The notes under the pieces are model-generated. The model saw nothing but the letters and a program-made list of their open reading frames with translations. It was not told where the DNA came from and searched no databases. Positions 35,506-38,363 of a DNA stretch of 38,363 bases are shown one piece after another (the first letter of the stretch is position 1; each line of letters opens with the position of its first letter). The position numbers were made by a program, and so were the translations under genes. The stretch is from a virus (Duplodnaviria > Heunggongvirae > Uroviricota > Caudoviricetes), in IMG/VR virus record IMGVR_UViG_2541047946_000018, positions 1 to 38,363 of that record, one strand, 5' to 3'.

Positions 35506-35805
35506 GTGAGAAAGTTAAGCCGACTTGAAAAATATCACATGAATAAGGTTTCAATGCGCAGTCCGTCAAAGATTGTCGCCGTTACTCCTGCGGCGATAGA
35601 GATCGAAAAACGCGCGATTGAAAGAGAGAAAAAAGGGCAATTCCGCATTGCCGCTCACCTTTGGCTTCAGTGTATGGATGTTGCTTCTGGTGATGTTGAA
35701 CGTGCAAGGATCGCGGTTCGCAGGGACCAATGTATCACAAAAGGTAACGGCCTTCGCCGTGGCGACTATAGCGGCATAGGATGTTGTGGGGTGGTTTATG
35801 ACTAA
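35506..35805 (+). CDS. Hypothetical protein (99 aa), GTG start
   Basis: GAGGG RBS upstream of GTG 35506; weak resemblance to PerC-like regulators, not asserted. Confidence 0.4.
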   Translation: MRKLSRLEKYHMNKVSMRSPSKIVAVTPAAIEIEKRAIEREKKGQFRIAAHLWLQCMDVASGDVERARIAVRRDQCITKGNGLRRGDYSGIGCCGVVYD

Positions 35806-36448
35806 GAAATACACACTAATCTATGCAGATCCACCCTGGGTATACCGGGACAAAGCCGCAGATGGTAATCGCGGTGCCGGTTTTAAATATCCGGTTATGA
35901 GTGTGCTGGATATCTGCCGCCTTCCTGTGTGGGATTTGGCCGATGAAAACTGTCTGTTGGCCATGTGGTGGGTGCCAACACAACCACTCGAAGCACTAAA
36001 AGTTGTTGAAGCCTGGGGATTTCGTCTGATGACGATGAAGGGCTTCACGTGGATAAAATGTGGTAGTCGACAACCAGATAAACTGGTTATGGGTATGGGA
36101 CACATGACTCGCGCCAATAGTGAAGATTGCCTGTTTGCAGTAAAGGGAAAACTACCTCCACGCATTAATGCAGGGATCGTTCAGTCATTTACCGCACCGC
36201 GGCTTGAGCATTCAAGAAAACCAGATGTCGTTCGTGAAAAACTTGTGCAATTGTTAGGCGATGTTTCTCGCATTGAACTGTTCGCCCGCCAGACGTCTCA
36301 TGGCTTCGATGTTTGGGGTAATCAGTGCGAAGACCCGGCAGTGCAACTACACCCTGGATACGCGTTGGATATTGGCGGATTAACAAATGCATTCAGCAAT
36401 GCTCCGGTGTCACCAATAGACAACCAGGGGCGGGAGCGTGCAGCATGA
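35798..36448 (+). CDS. DNA N6-adenine methyltransferase (MT-A70 family)
   Basis: N-terminal IYADPPW motif; ATG 35798. Confidence 0.75.
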   Translation: MTKKYTLIYADPPWVYRDKAADGNRGAGFKYPVMSVLDICRLPVWDLADENCLLAMWWVPTQPLEALKVVEAWGFRLMTMKGFTWIKCGSRQPDKLVMGMGHMTRANSEDCLFAVKGKLPPRINAGIVQSFTAPRLEHSRKPDVVREKLVQLLGDVSRIELFARQTSHGFDVWGNQCEDPAVQLHPGYALDIGGLTNAFSNAPVSPIDNQGRERAA

Positions 36449-37104
36449 ACCTATATCAACGCATCAATGGCGCTGACTGGTGCAATATCTTCGTCGTCGG
36501 CGATCTGCATGGGTGCTACACGCTGCTGATGAACGAACTCGACAAAGTTTCATTCGACCCGGCGCGCGATTTACTTATTTCCGTTGGTGACCTTGTTGAC
36601 CGCGGCGCTGAAAACCTCGAATGCCTGGATTTGATTACTATGCCGTGGTTCCGAGCTGTTCGTGGCAACCATGAGCAGATGATGCTGGATGCACTGGTCA
36701 ACGGCGGAAGTTTCGGACATTGGATGTCAAACGGCGGTGGATGGTGGCACCAACTTGATTCTGAGCAGGATGTGCAACTCAAATACCTTCTGCCAAAGAT
36801 TGCCAACCTCCCGATGATTATCGAACTGGTTACCGGCAATAAGAAGGTCGTCATCTGTCACGCAGACTACCCGCACAACGAATACGCATTCGATAAGCAA
36901 GTACCAGAAGAAATGGTGATATGGAATCGTGAGCGGGTTAGCGACGCGCAGGACGGTATTGTCTCGGAGATAACCGGTGCCGATTTGTTCATCTTCGGTC
37001 ATACGCCAGCACATCACCCACTGGTGTATGCAAACCAGATGTACATCGACACCGGCGCAGTGTTCTGCGGAAATCTGACGCTTATCAAAGTCCAGGAAGG
37101 ATAG
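36445..37104 (+). CDS. Ser/Thr protein phosphatase (lambda-phosphatase-like metallophosphoesterase)
   Basis: GDLHGC, GDLVDRG and GNHE motifs. Confidence 0.8.
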   Translation: MNLYQRINGADWCNIFVVGDLHGCYTLLMNELDKVSFDPARDLLISVGDLVDRGAENLECLDLITMPWFRAVRGNHEQMMLDALVNGGSFGHWMSNGGGWWHQLDSEQDVQLKYLLPKIANLPMIIELVTGNKKVVICHADYPHNEYAFDKQVPEEMVIWNRERVSDAQDGIVSEITGADLFIFGHTPAHHPLVYANQMYIDTGAVFCGNLTLIKVQEG

Positions 37105-37106
37105 AA

Positions 37107-38363
37107 TTATTTATTACTGTCTTCCATCCACCTCTCAAACTTCGACGGGGAGAACGGAATCAGATCCGTATGCTCCCCGTTAATCCAGGAATCAATCATA
37201 TCGGCCCACTGCTGCAACATGTAGGCGCGCTGTCTGGCGTATTCCGCTTTGTTATATACGGCGCGCACACCTTTCTGCTCATGTGCCAGAGCCTTTTCAA
37301 TCCAGTCTGAAGGATAACCAGCCTCATGCAACAACGTACTTGCTGTACGGCGCATATCGTGTACGGTGAAGTCCTGAATATGCTCACCATCTTCATTTAT
37401 TATTTTCACCGTTCTGTCGATCAGAGAGTTCAGCGCGGCATTAGATAATGGCTTCCGGAAATTGTAACGACCAGGAACCAGATATTCACTTCCACCAGCG
37501 CACATCTGCAACCCAACCAATATATCCTGTGCCTGTTTAGGCAGGTAAATAACGTGCGCCCGGCTTCCCTTCATGCGGTCTGAAGGAATTGTCCATGTCC
37601 ATTTTTTAAAATCTATTTCATCCCACGTTGCATTGGTGAATTCGCCTTTACGAACCATAGTGATAAGCACCAGCTTTAAAGCCATTTTCATAGTGCCCAT
37701 AGCACCAATGGCATCCAGCGTGCGGAAGAACAGGCCAATTTCTTCTGGTGTCAGTGTTCGCTCTCGTGGTTTAAATATGGCGATAGACGAAGGTTTAATG
37801 TCAGCAGCAGGATTAAACAAACCATGACCACGGTCATTGGCATGACGGTATACGCTGCTGATGATCTCCCTGGCCTGCACTGCTGTTGCCCGGCCGCCGC
37901 GTTCGACAATCCGGTCACACAAATCACGAACCATCGATGTGGTAATTTCAGCCATCATTTTGTTACCAAGAACAGGAAGTATGTCACGGTCGATCACCGC
38001 CTGCTTCATTGCGCGGGTACTGTCAGCCAGGATGACGTGTTTCATATAACTGTCGGTATGTACCGCAAACGTCTCGGCACCACGAATCTTTTTGATACCG
38101 TCACGTTTAGCCGCAGCCGGTGACTGGCCTGCTTTAAGCAGCTTCTTTGCAGCAATCAGTTCTTCTCGCGCTTCTGCCAGGCTGATACCGTCACGCCCAT
38201 ACTGCCCAATTACCAGTGTTTCGCGGCGACCGTTGATACGGTAGTCATAGCGAAACGAGACCGTACCTGACGTAAGCACAGCTACATACAGCCCGTCACG
38301 ATCGGAGACCTTGTACAGTTTGTCCTGCGGCTTGAGGTTTTTTAATTTTGTATCGGTAAGCAC
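37107..38363 (-). CDS. int: Tyrosine integrase (P4/CP4-57-like), N-terminus at the window edge
   Basis: N-terminal LTDTKLKNLKPQDKLYKVSDRDGLYVAV arm-binding signature; ORF reaches the last base of the window. Confidence 0.85.
   Translation of the reverse strand: MLTDTKLKNLKPQDKLYKVSDRDGLYVAVLTSGTVSFRYDYRINGRRETLVIGQYGRDGISLAEAREELIAAKKLLKAGQSPAAAKRDGIKKIRGAETFAVHTDSYMKHVILADSTRAMKQAVIDRDILPVLGNKMMAEITTSMVRDLCDRIVERGGRATAVQAREIISSVYRHANDRGHGLFNPAADIKPSSIAIFKPRERTLTPEEIGLFFRTLDAIGAMGTMKMALKLVLITMVRKGEFTNATWDEIDFKKWTWTIPSDRMKGSRAHVIYLPKQAQDILVGLQMCAGGSEYLVPGRYNFRKPLSNAALNSLIDRTVKIINEDGEHIQDFTVHDMRRTASTLLHEAGYPSDWIEKALAHEQKGVRAVYNKAEYARQRAYMLQQWADMIDSWINGEHTDLIPFSPSKFERWMEDSNK

Overview
The whole window reads as one integrated, chimeric temperate prophage of an enterobacterial host, probably defective. 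The right two thirds carry a lambdoid-style early region on both strands: P4-type tyrosine integrase (cut by the window edge), AlpA/Xis-like, Ser/Thr phosphatase, MT-A70 adenine methyltransferase, RecT plus exonuclease, a tandem-HTH CI-like repressor divergent from a Cro-like gene, lambda O/P-like replication genes with ori iterons inside O, and nin-like genes. The late region on the minus strand is T7-like in order and sizes: TerS, TerL, portal, scaffold, major capsid, tail tubular A/B, internal virion proteins and a tailspike. Two IS629-like (IS3 family) copies are present: a full 1310-bp copy with a 3-bp TAG duplication between the gp14-like and gp15-like genes, and an inverted partial copy at the left edge that truncates the tailspike gene. 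Accessory content includes a tRNA-Arg(UCU), an AT-rich membrane/coiled-coil moron, an AT-rich secreted protein, and an island holding a Bro-N antirepressor flanked by two paralogous two-gene modules with YafO-like putative toxins, plus a LexA-box-controlled mini-antirepressor. A 17-bp palindromic operator (ATTACC-N5-GGTAAT) recurs at 13 or more sites, and a roughly 150-nt non-coding element is present in two diverged copies. All homology calls are from reading the translations against remembered families; no database search was run.
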